Source: a virus. From it: a stretch of 64,000 bases of DNA. Both the position numbers and the translations under genes were made by a program. This document shows positions 10,632 through 19,902 of the stretch, piece after piece. The stretch spans positions 32,702 to 96,701 of the IMG/VR virus record IMGVR_UViG_3300025117_000050; one strand, given 5' to 3'. Numbering within the stretch: the stretch's first letter is position 1; each line of letters begins with the position of its first letter. The notes beneath the pieces were generated by a model, which saw nothing but the letters and a program-made list of their open reading frames with translations, was not told where the DNA came from and made no database searches.

Positions 10632-11528
10632 ATGTCAATATTATTTGGTAAGAAGAATGTATTAAAACCTACTTCTACAAATTCTATTTCTGAAATAACA
10701 AAGAAAGAGTTAGCTTACAATATAAGAGTTGCCGTAGGTCATCGAAGTATTACTCAAGTCTGTAATATATTAAAAATGGTCGATCCAAAACCATTAGTTG
10801 ACTTAATAAAAATGAATTATAATGAATTACCTGATAGACAATTACTTAGAAAAATTGCATCTGCAAGCGAAGGTAGGGTTTCTTATCAAAACCTTTATTC
10901 TGTCTGCGGTTATTCCGAATTTGATTCTGAAGAAGATCGTAGTTGGGCAAAGTGGGTTCCTGAACGTGGTAGTTGTTATATGATTGATTTAGGATGGAAT
11001 ATGGATAGTGAGCAAAATTCTGTGCGTCCGGCAATAGTGATGCAAAACAACAAAGGCAATCAATACTCAGGAACAACCGTTATTATCCCTATATCTTCTC
11101 GTTCTAAAAAATTTTCTTCACAGATTCATGTATTATTAGAAAAAGAATTAGGATTTTTACGGGAATGTCAATGTTTTCCAGAACAAATTCGCTGTGTTTC
11201 AAAAAGGAGGTTCTTCTATAATTCTGTACCTTATAAAATCACTACTTTACCAGAACATAAATTATTAGAAATCAAAAACGCACTTGAGTTTGAACTAGGT
11301 TTTGAGCCTTTATATTTTGACGAAGAAAAAATATTTAAATTAATTTCTCATATTCGTTCTTTAGAAAATAATATTAAAATCAAAAAATCACATAATCTAA
11401 TTGATATATTAAATCAAAAAATGGATGATCTAAAAGAATACTGTTCAAAATATCATAAGAATCACAAGATTATCTTACAAGAATACGATAGAATCAACAA
11501 TTGCGGTTACAATGCAGTATCCATATAA
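10632..11528 (+). CDS. XRE-like HTH / PemK-MazF fusion protein with helical C-terminus
   Basis: N-term AVGHRSITQV...PDRQLLRKIASASEGRVSYQNLYSVCGY resembles clostridial XRE repressors; middle ERGSCYMIDLG...SEQNSVRPAIVMQNNKGN...IIPISS...EQIRCVSKRR is PemK/MazF. Confidence 0.8.
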   Translation: MSILFGKKNVLKPTSTNSISEITKKELAYNIRVAVGHRSITQVCNILKMVDPKPLVDLIKMNYNELPDRQLLRKIASASEGRVSYQNLYSVCGYSEFDSEEDRSWAKWVPERGSCYMIDLGWNMDSEQNSVRPAIVMQNNKGNQYSGTTVIIPISSRSKKFSSQIHVLLEKELGFLRECQCFPEQIRCVSKRRFFYNSVPYKITTLPEHKLLEIKNALEFELGFEPLYFDEEKIFKLISHIRSLENNIKIKKSHNLIDILNQKMDDLKEYCSKYHKNHKIILQEYDRINNCGYNAVSI

Positions 11529-11590
11529 AACAACAAATCCAACCAAAATAAACAAATAAAACTAAAACAAAAAAAAGGAGATCAATTAAA

Positions 11591-11932
11591 ATGATAATCT
11601 TTGATGAAAAACAATTAAAATACTTATTTAATAAATACAAAATAAGATATAAAATATTTGAAGAAACAAATATTCTACTTATAGATAGTGGTCTTGATGA
11701 GTGGTTAATCAAGTATCAACATGGAAGAGATCAACCATATTGCCTTATGCACAAAAATAAATTAAAACAAACTAAAAGGTTCCATGTGCAGAGATGGTTG
11801 TCAAATTTTTATCAATCACTTGATAGTCTATTGTCACATAAAAATATTTTTGTAGATCATTCAAGTTCAAAAAATACATATAAAAAATATAGAAATAATA
11901 AAATAAATAATAAAAGGAGAAAAAGTTGTTAA
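11591..11932 (+). CDS. Basic hypothetical protein, overlapping the agrB start
   Basis: 113-aa ORF, AAGGAG RBS. Confidence 0.65.
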   Translation: MIIFDEKQLKYLFNKYKIRYKIFEETNILLIDSGLDEWLIKYQHGRDQPYCLMHKNKLKQTKRFHVQRWLSNFYQSLDSLLSHKNIFVDHSSSKNTYKKYRNNKINNKRRKSC

Positions 11933-12720
11933 AATATATAAAAAACTACATAATAACATTTCGTTATATCAAACTATTCTCATATTGGAATGCAAGATAT
12001 TTGCATAACAAACTAAAAGAAGAAAGAATTAGAGAATCACAAAACTTACATAATCCACATAAAGAAAAACATAAATATTATTATATATTGCAAATGATAA
12101 TTAAAAAATTATTTCAAATAATTAATAAAATAATTTCTTTAACTCCATTAGGAAGAAAACTATCATCGTACATAACTGAAAAATATTCACAATATAAACA
12201 GAAAGAGAAAAAACCTAAAAAAATATACAACAGATACACCTACTATTATGGTCTTCAAATAATCATCGGAGGCATAAATAAATTCCTTCTACTAATCATA
12301 CCAGGCTTACTATTTAACATCTTGCCGCAACTATTACTAACCACGTTATCATTTGTATCACTAAGAATATGGACTGGTGGTCTGCACTACAATTCTTATA
12401 CCAAATGCAGCTACATATCACTATTATCCTTCACACTCACAGCACTACTATCAAAATACATCATATTAAATCAATTTATCACTATGTCAATATTTCTATC
12501 TGTATTTATATTAATTTTAATCTATGCCCCTGTAGAACATCCAAACAGACCAATAAAAGAAAAAGAAAAAATTAAATACAAATTAATCGCATTATTTGTA
12601 TTAAGCACCTTAACTATTATCTATATGTTTACAAATAATGTTATTATCTGTAATTCTATTATATATGGGATATTATTAGCAGGTATAATTATGTTACCAA
12701 TTATAAATAAACTAAGATAA
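11926..12720 (+). CDS. agrB: AgrB autoinducer-processing membrane peptidase with basic N-terminal extension
   Basis: YGLQII, LRIWTGGLH...TKC (catalytic His and Cys), YAPVEHPNRPI signature. Confidence 0.92.
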   Translation: MLKYIKNYIITFRYIKLFSYWNARYLHNKLKEERIRESQNLHNPHKEKHKYYYILQMIIKKLFQIINKIISLTPLGRKLSSYITEKYSQYKQKEKKPKKIYNRYTYYYGLQIIIGGINKFLLLIIPGLLFNILPQLLLTTLSFVSLRIWTGGLHYNSYTKCSYISLLSFTLTALLSKYIILNQFITMSIFLSVFILILIYAPVEHPNRPIKEKEKIKYKLIALFVLSTLTIIYMFTNNVIICNSIIYGILLAGIIMLPIINKLR

Positions 12721-12851
12721 TTATTAACATAATTTCGTAAATGGTCGATAAATGTCGGTAGGTGCGTATTGTTAATATGCTAAATATTATATAGAATAAT
12801 AGTATTAAAACATATTAATCACAAATTAAATTAAAATATGAATTTAGGCTA

Positions 12852-12905
12852 TTGTTTTTTTATTATTAAGGTATTATAATAGAACAAATATACAAACAAA
12901 TGTTC
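12852..12905 (+). promoter_or_regulatory. Promoter with tandem LexA (Cheo)-like boxes just downstream of -10
   Basis: TTGTTT-17 bp-TATAAT, then GAAC-AAAT-ATAC (12882-12893) and AAAC-AAAT-GTTC (12894-12905) versus consensus GAAC-N4-GTTC. Confidence 0.55.
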
Positions 12906-13160
12906 TACAAACAAATAGAGGAGGAGATTGTTACGAATAAAACAGTTTACACAATAAAAGATGAAAATGACAAATATGTACATGGTAATAGTATTAAAAA
13001 AATTAATGAAAAGTATTATTATTCCCCATATTCATGTTTAGAAGATGGTTGTATTGCTTATACTAATAAAATAAGAGTAGAGGAAGCATTGACTACTCTT
13101 AAATTACATAATCAACTAGGTGGGCTAGGTCACAAATTTATTATTACGCTTGTTTCATAA
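12900..13160 (+). CDS. Small hypothetical protein, probably SOS-regulated; start uncertain
   Basis: ORF track; the strong GAGGAGG at about 12918 lies inside the ORF, so the true start may be ATT 12927 or ACG 12933. Confidence 0.55.
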   Translation: MFYKQIEEEIVTNKTVYTIKDENDKYVHGNSIKKINEKYYYSPYSCLEDGCIAYTNKIRVEEALTTLKLHNQLGGLGHKFIITLVS

Positions 13161-13182
13161 TCAATAAATAATAATTTTTCTA

Positions 13183-13211
13183 TTGACATAGCATACTAAT
13201 ACATATATAAT
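13183..13211 (+). promoter_or_regulatory. Consensus sigma-A promoter for the putative repressor operon
   Basis: TTGACA-17 bp-TATAAT. Confidence 0.8.
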
Positions 13212-13258
13212 AATCATTAATGAGATATTATATATAAATAAAAAAGAGGTGAGTAACT

Positions 13259-14635
13259 ATGCTTAATATTAAAAATGCTATGTTGATAAAAGAATTAAAA
13301 CCACTAATAATTAAATATGGAAACAATTCAAAAATTTATAATCTTGTTCACGAATCCTTTATTAAAAAGGGTTTAACGGGTAGTAATGCAAAAAATCTAT
13401 TTACAGGTAAACTACCATTAGAATCTTTAGATATCACTTGTCAAAAAGAATTATATTTATTATTTTCTTTTACTGATAGCATGAGAAAAGCATTAAATTC
13501 ATTTGATGAAATGTCTAAAGATACTTTTGGTTCAGAAGAAGAGTACTCAAAATTAAAACTAGAAAATTATTTTACTCCTATGGAAATTGAAGAGTTTACG
13601 GATTTCGTGATAGAGAAAGAAGAAATAAGTAGATATCCTTACAGATTAAAAAACATGTTAAAAGTTGGGGAAAATCACTATATAGGCATTATATCTGCTA
13701 GAGAATTATCTTGGATAGATGCCTCCAATGACATTGTTTATGATTTCGCTGTACAGCGTGATCCCAAAATTGATATATTTGGCATGAAACGTATTAATAC
13801 TGATTTAAAGAAAATAGATGAAATGACAGAGAAGTTACTTTCTGGCAATTACTTTTCAGATGAAATTAAGTTAAATGTTAAGAATGATGGTGAAGATCAT
13901 ATCGAATTCGATTCAAAAGACGGAATTTATGGTGATCTTATTATTCATTCAGGAACAATAACTTGTTTTGACGGTTATCACAGAAAAGCAGCCAATTCAA
14001 AAGTTATGAATATTAATAATGAATTGCAATTTAATTGGAAACTAGGTGTTACTAACTATCCAGAACCTAAAGCAAAAAAATTCATGATTCAAATTAACAA
14101 ACAAAAACCTATTAAGATTGAACACATCAGAAATATTGATGAAACAAGAAATGAAAATGTAATTGTCAATAATATTATCAATAATTCTAATTCCGAACTT
14201 GCTGATAAGATTAAAGATTCTGATGCAGAATTAAAACATGGTGGATTAACTAAAAAATCTATATTATCTTTAGCAATAGAAGAACAATATAAGGAATTTT
14301 TAGTTACTAAAATCAATAATATTGAAATATCTAATTGGATAGTAGAATTCACAAATCATTTAATGGGATTATATACTAACGAATTTTTATTTAATGTAGA
14401 CAAAACTAAAAAAATAAGTTATATTAATCATAAGAATATGTTTATGGGATATATCGCACTTTCAAGAAAATTGTATAAGCAAGATGATTGGAAAAATAAA
14501 ACTAAAAAAATAATGGAAAGCGTTGATTTTAGCATTGATAATGATATTTGGAAAAGTATTAAAATCAATGAAGATAATTTAAATAAAACATCAAAGAATG
14601 AATTATATAATATATTTATTAAAAAGCAGGTGTAA
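13259..14635 (+). CDS. DGQHR/DndB/ParB-like domain protein, resembling SPbeta YopQ (SroE)
   Basis: YDFAVQRD, FSDEIKLNV, FDGYHR, FMIQINKQKP motifs; sits directly upstream of an integrase-like gene. Confidence 0.6.
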   Translation: MLNIKNAMLIKELKPLIIKYGNNSKIYNLVHESFIKKGLTGSNAKNLFTGKLPLESLDITCQKELYLLFSFTDSMRKALNSFDEMSKDTFGSEEEYSKLKLENYFTPMEIEEFTDFVIEKEEISRYPYRLKNMLKVGENHYIGIISARELSWIDASNDIVYDFAVQRDPKIDIFGMKRINTDLKKIDEMTEKLLSGNYFSDEIKLNVKNDGEDHIEFDSKDGIYGDLIIHSGTITCFDGYHRKAANSKVMNINNELQFNWKLGVTNYPEPKAKKFMIQINKQKPIKIEHIRNIDETRNENVIVNNIINNSNSELADKIKDSDAELKHGGLTKKSILSLAIEEQYKEFLVTKINNIEISNWIVEFTNHLMGLYTNEFLFNVDKTKKISYINHKNMFMGYIALSRKLYKQDDWKNKTKKIMESVDFSIDNDIWKSIKINEDNLNKTSKNELYNIFIKKQV

Positions 14636-14640
14636 AATAA

Positions 14641-15711
14641 ATGGTAAAACATAGAAACGGGAGAAAAAATTTAGCAGAAAGAGTGTTTAAGCATGATAGA
14701 GATGTTAAAGAAGAATTCTTAAAATCATTGAAACCCTCAACTGCTAATACTGTAAGAAGTATACTTTTTAAGGTAGATGAATATGAAGAATTAATTGGGA
14801 AAAGTATATATGATTTTAATTTAGATGATCGTGATGATTTTATTATATCTATGTTCCCTAATAAAAGTAAAGGTGTTATTAATACAACTAGATCATATCT
14901 GGTAGGATATATTAATTATTGTATTGACAATAACCTTGTTAGACATATGGAAAATAGATTTAGTTTAATCTCTAAAGATGATATAGATAATTATGTCAAT
15001 GATATGGCTATGCAAATGAAGTACCTGTCGAAGGAAGAAATTAAAGAAGCACAAAGTAAATTGGTTAATAATTGTGATAAATTAATTTTGCAATTAGTTC
15101 CTTTATCAGCCAGAGGTCGCACCGAAAAGGATAATACTAATGAAGAATTAATAAATTTAAGAGTGCAAGATGCTGTAGAATCTTACGAAAAAGGCAATCT
15201 AAAACTTTGGAATAATGATGGAGATTTTAGGTATATAAAAATTGATGATGAAACAATAGAATTATTAAAGAAAACTATAAATGATGATAAATATATCATT
15301 AATAATGGAAGTGAATATAGTCGTAAAAGACATGATAAAAAACTTGGCAGAGGCATGGGAGAAAAAAGTTTCCCTTTAAATGATACTGGCTATGTTTTTA
15401 GAACTGCTGGCAAGAATAAAAGGGGTAAAGTTAAATCCAATTATTTTAATTCTAAAATTAATATAATAAAAGATTGGGTGGAGAATCCATTTATTAACAT
15501 AACTAATTTACACGCATCAGGTATGATTGATTATGTCATCCAATTAGAAAATGAAAAAGGAGAAGAATTAGATAATAACGACTATATAGATGTTTGTGAA
15601 AAATATTTATTTGGTAAACCTAGAATTTTGCCCAATGGTGAAAATGATTGGAGTATGTCAATATCAAAATTAAAGACAATGGTAAAAGATTATATTAATA
15701 TTAAATCATAA
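14641..15711 (+). CDS. Tyrosine-recombinase-fold protein lacking the HxxR motif; putative master repressor like SPbeta YopR/SroF/MrpR
   Basis: SAM-like N-terminus (KEEFL...EELIGKSIYDFN...YINYCI), box I-like ARG...EELINLRVQD, box II region reads ITNLHASG. Confidence 0.6.
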   Translation: MVKHRNGRKNLAERVFKHDRDVKEEFLKSLKPSTANTVRSILFKVDEYEELIGKSIYDFNLDDRDDFIISMFPNKSKGVINTTRSYLVGYINYCIDNNLVRHMENRFSLISKDDIDNYVNDMAMQMKYLSKEEIKEAQSKLVNNCDKLILQLVPLSARGRTEKDNTNEELINLRVQDAVESYEKGNLKLWNNDGDFRYIKIDDETIELLKKTINDDKYIINNGSEYSRKRHDKKLGRGMGEKSFPLNDTGYVFRTAGKNKRGKVKSNYFNSKINIIKDWVENPFINITNLHASGMIDYVIQLENEKGEELDNNDYIDVCEKYLFGKPRILPNGENDWSMSISKLKTMVKDYINIKS

Positions 15712-15723
15712 GGATGTGAAAAA

Positions 15724-16578
15724 ATGGCGAAAAATAGTATTAACTTATCTGACTATGAAGATATAGAAGTTTATAATATGGTTAGGTTTGGAATTATAGG
15801 TAGATTTCCTAATAATTTTTGGGGTGGATTAGATACTTATAAAACTGCAAAAGACCTGACTAGATATATGTTTGAAAATATTCTTGAATGGAGTATAGAA
15901 GATATTAAGCATAAGGTAACAGCAGATATTTTTTATGAAAATAAACTTGGTAATATGCTAAAAACACTTTTTGATAATAATTTATTAGATGCATTGCTTA
16001 ACGCATACCCAGAATTAGCAGATTGGGTAGAAGAAAAAAAGAATAAAATTATTATCGAAAAAGAACCAAGAGAAAAATATACAGATGAAGAGTTAATAGA
16101 AAATTTACAGCAAAAATATAAGGAATTAAATAGAACACCTTATATAAGAGAAATGTCTGAACCAGAAGGAAATGTTTATATATCAAGATTTGGTAGTTGG
16201 AGTAATGCTTTAATTCTTGCTGAGTTAATTGAGGACATATGTGTAGATGTAGATAATTCAGAAGAAGCAATTAATAAAGCGCAAAGGGAAATTAAAGATT
16301 TTGCGTATAAAGTAGAAAGATTACCAACTAAAAAAGAAGTAGATAATTTATTTTCTCCTGGAGAATTAATATCATATTTCGGTTCTTTAAAAGGACTTTA
16401 TGATTATTTAAGTGAAGGTTATACAGAAGAAGAATTAATAAATATATTAATTGATAAAAGAAATAAATTAGGGAGAAATCCAATAAATAAGGATATAAAA
16501 TTCCCAAGACCAATTATCTTTATTGATAAATTCAATAGTTGGGAGAATGCCTTAAAAGAAGCAAGATTAGATGAATAA
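15724..16578 (+). CDS. DUF4046-like domain plus homing-endonuclease-associated repeats, no nuclease domain seen
   Basis: FPNNFW...RYMFENILEW...ALLNAYP, then three YTDEELI...RTP...FGSW..AL-type repeats. Confidence 0.6.
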   Translation: MAKNSINLSDYEDIEVYNMVRFGIIGRFPNNFWGGLDTYKTAKDLTRYMFENILEWSIEDIKHKVTADIFYENKLGNMLKTLFDNNLLDALLNAYPELADWVEEKKNKIIIEKEPREKYTDEELIENLQQKYKELNRTPYIREMSEPEGNVYISRFGSWSNALILAELIEDICVDVDNSEEAINKAQREIKDFAYKVERLPTKKEVDNLFSPGELISYFGSLKGLYDYLSEGYTEEELINILIDKRNKLGRNPINKDIKFPRPIIFIDKFNSWENALKEARLDE

Positions 16579-16595
16579 TTTAATCTTGCTTCTTT
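16555..16595. terminator. Bidirectional terminator between convergent genes
   Basis: AAAGAAGCAAGATTA ... TAATCTTGCTTCTTT. Confidence 0.75.
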
Positions 16596-16598
16596 TAT

Positions 16599-16832
16599 TT
16601 ATGTCAAACCCTTAATCCATTTTTCAGCAGCTAAACAGCATCCTTCAAAACTATTGAATTTAATATCTTCATTCAAAGAAATATAAATAATATCGTTATC
16701 ACGATCTATCTGAAAGTGATAGTAATATGTATCAGGCATATAATAAATATACGCTTTACATCCTTTTGCTCATCTTGCTATGCTGACCCACGTAGGGTAT
16801 ACTTTACGCTTTAATATTCTTTTAAATTTCAT
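16599..16832 (-). pseudogene. Minus-strand small gene with in-frame TGA at codon 21
   Basis: AAGGAAGTG RBS; MKFKRILKRKVYPTWVSIAR*AKGCKAYIYY...AAEKWIKGLT; ends at the shared terminator. Confidence 0.55.
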
Positions 16833-17446
16833 TATGTCACTTCCTTGATGATAAATTGGTTAAGCTATAAATGTTGTTTTTTGTCGATATTTATAAGAAT
16901 TTGCTGAATATTAATTAATATTATATCATTAAGTTAATATTTTGGGAATATTATAAGAGATATTGTAGTTTTGATGGTAATATATGATAATATATAGAAA
17001 AATATGGTAATAATCAATAAAAATACTAAAAATCTTGTTTTTCTATATTCAGAAACCCTTGTTTTATAAGGGTTTGTGGGATCGGATTTCGTGATAAAAT
17101 AACTCTTTTGTGTTGAGTTAAATATTTGAAAAATAATTGAAATATTTCTTGCATTTATTTTTACATTGTGTTATTATATGTGTAAGGTAAAAGTAAGTAA
17201 ATAAAATATTAAAGAGAAGGAGAGATAATTTAATGAGTAGCATACATGACAAACCAGAATTATTAATTCCACCAAAAGGTGTTTGTATGAACCCACCGAG
17301 ATTACATAATTTTAATTGTGAAGGGTGTAAGTATTTTGAGGGATGCACTAATGAAAAGAAAGGTAATTATAAGAAGACTAAATAGAAATAAATTGAATTA
17401 TTCAAAAAACAGTAGTATAATATAAGTAAACATTATTCAATAAAGG

Positions 17447-17695
17447 ATGTTGCAAATGACTACAAACAACAATGAATCCAATATATATATTATTTGCTCA
17501 GGAGATAATTCAGGGAACATAGAAACATTCGATTATAGGTGTCCCAAGGAAGGGATTAATAAAGGTGATTGCAGACTAAATGGTAAAACATGTGAATATT
17601 TTATAGGTATTAAAAATGATAAGTTAAATTTTGATATTATGAATATTAAGGGTTATTGTGAGTTTATATTGAATATAAAAAGTAAGTTTAGGTGA
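17447..17695 (+). CDS. Cys-rich hypothetical protein
   Basis: ORF track. Confidence 0.55.
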   Translation: MLQMTTNNNESNIYIICSGDNSGNIETFDYRCPKEGINKGDCRLNGKTCEYFIGIKNDKLNFDIMNIKGYCEFILNIKSKFR

Positions 17696-17704
17696 TATAA
17701 TATA

Positions 17705-18316
17705 ATGAAACCTATAAACAAAGAATTAATCATCAAAGTATGTGAGCATATAATAGAACACAATCTTTCTTATAGAAAAATAGCTGATATATTCGGAATC
17801 AATTTCAAAACTGTTTACAATTATACACAAATGATTGAAAGTATTGATTCCGAATTACATATAAAAGTCCAAAAATGTTTAAAAGAGAGAAAGGAAAAAC
17901 ATCATAAACATTTATTGAAAAACTTAAACAATATCTATAAAGAAATTTGTGAATATTTTATTTGTGGAAGTACCATGAAACAGACTGGAATACATTTTAA
18001 TTCCAGTAATCGCTCTATACACTATTTATTCCATAATTATGTTAAATATAATGATCCTGAATTATATGTTATGATTTTAGAAATGATAGAATTAAATAAA
18101 CTTAAATCAATTAAGACACGTTCTGGAATAAGAAAGATGAAAAACATTGAAGAAAGATTAAATCTTTGTAAGACTATTATTAGTGACAAATTAACTTTGA
18201 AAGCAACAAGTGAAATATTTGATTTAGATGTAAAGACGATAAAAAGTTATATTAATAGTATAAGAGATGTGGATTATGGATTGCATGATGAAGTTTATAA
18301 ACATTTGTGGAGATAA
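17705..18316 (+). CDS. Protein of three tandem SpoIIID-like HTH units
   Basis: IIKVCEHIIEHNLSYRKIADIFGINFKTVY...IDSELHIKV and two further copies resemble SpoIIID (IGKYIVETKKTVRVIAKEFGVSKSTVH...INPDLANEV). Confidence 0.65.
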   Translation: MKPINKELIIKVCEHIIEHNLSYRKIADIFGINFKTVYNYTQMIESIDSELHIKVQKCLKERKEKHHKHLLKNLNNIYKEICEYFICGSTMKQTGIHFNSSNRSIHYLFHNYVKYNDPELYVMILEMIELNKLKSIKTRSGIRKMKNIEERLNLCKTIISDKLTLKATSEIFDLDVKTIKSYINSIRDVDYGLHDEVYKHLWR

Positions 18317-19725
18317 GGAGGAATGAATATGTGGAATCAAAGCATTAAAACTGATTTTGAAATTAAAGGATTTAAATTAATTGGTAAAATTCATCAAGTA
18401 GAATATCTAGCAAAAATCAATGAAGATAGAGAATTAATATATGTGACTATGTACAATGACAAATCAACAGGTAATCCAAGAAGTTTAAGTGTGGATGAAA
18501 TTGAATTATTTTATAATGCATTGAAAATGTTAAAGGAGATTAAATAATGAAAATATTAAAAGTAATTGTAGATGAAGAATTGCCTAAATCGTGTAAAGAA
18601 TGTGGATTTAGGCATAATTGGGAAACAAAATGTTATTGTCATATAAAATCATATACTACTAGTAAAAGGAATCATTTCATAGGTAAATATGATGATATTA
18701 AAGGTAGACATAAAAATTGTCCGTTAGTATATAATGGTTAATATTTAAAGGAGAAATAAATATGAAAAACATTCAATTAGATATGATTGTTGAAACTAAA
18801 TTATCAGTTATTGAATTTAATAAAAAATTTATTGAATGGGTAGAATTTAATAATTGGACTTGTGGTGGGATAATGATTGAAGTAGATGATGATGGTAATA
18901 AAATTAAGAAAAGTAGTCTAAAACAAACAATTATAAATCAATAGTATAAACTAGAAAACGCAAAACATTTAAAAGATGTGCTAATTATTTTACCTGAAGT
19001 AGAAGATAATTTGGATAAAAATTTATTTGATAATGAAGATGATTGAAATTTAATAGATTATTTATTATGTTTTAAGTGAAAGGATAAAACAATGAATATA
19101 AAATTACCCATAGAGAAACAACAAAAATTTCAAATAGGTGATATATGTAAAATTGTTGAAAAGGGAATTTTTGAAGTTATAGTACAGTATCCTCCTTCAG
19201 AATTAGAAGATTATAAAAAAGACAGAGAATGTATTATTCTTCATACCTATTCACAAGTTTATTGGGGAAGTAATTTTAGTAATTATAGTGTATATTTGCT
19301 TCCAAGAAATAAAAATGAATATGCTGGAAATTTAGCATGGATAGAAGAAAATCAATTGAGATTCATAAGAAAATCAACAGAAAAAGAAATTACAATAGTG
19401 ATTCAAGAAGATAATAAGATGCTATCTTATAAAAATTGTCCTTATACATCAATTTTTAATGAAACAAAACATGATTAAACTTATATTTTATGTCGATCTT
19501 GAAAGGATATTAAAATTATGAAACAAATTGATCAAGAAATAATAAATGATATACAATATTTATTAAATATGTATGAAGCATATATTGATGATATAGTTGG
19601 CGAAGCATGGGAAGATGAAAGGTTTATAAAACTTACTACTAAATATAGATTTACAAAAGAAAATTTACATAAAGGATTAGAAGATTTACATTGTTAATAA
19701 TAAATATATAGAGGAGGAAAAGTTT

Positions 19726-19902
19726 ATGTTTGATTGGTAAGAAGAATATGACAAAATGTATGAGGTAAGTGGCAACATGTGGAGTAACGAGCAATGTCTA
19801 CAATTACAACATTCTCTTCTTGAGTATCAAGAATTAGGATGTCCTAATGGAGAGAATATTGGTGGTTGGATTACATGGAAAGTAAATAATAAAAATATAT
19901 AA
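19726..19902 (+). pseudogene. Small ORF with TAA at codon 5
   Basis: GAGGAGG RBS; MFDW*EEYDKMYEV...WITWKVNNKNI. Confidence 0.55.

Noticed and set aside
12734-12760. Spo0A boxes (TTCGTAA, GGTCGAT, TGTCGGT)
   Set aside because: Each has mismatches to TGNCGAA and the motif is too short to support by eye.
13259-14635. Dnd phosphorothioation system
   Set aside because: Only a DGQHR-type domain is present; no dndC, dndD, dndE or ssp genes.
14641-15711. Active prophage integrase
   Set aside because: The HxxR motif is absent and the context matches a repressor operon; no att site or host junction is visible.
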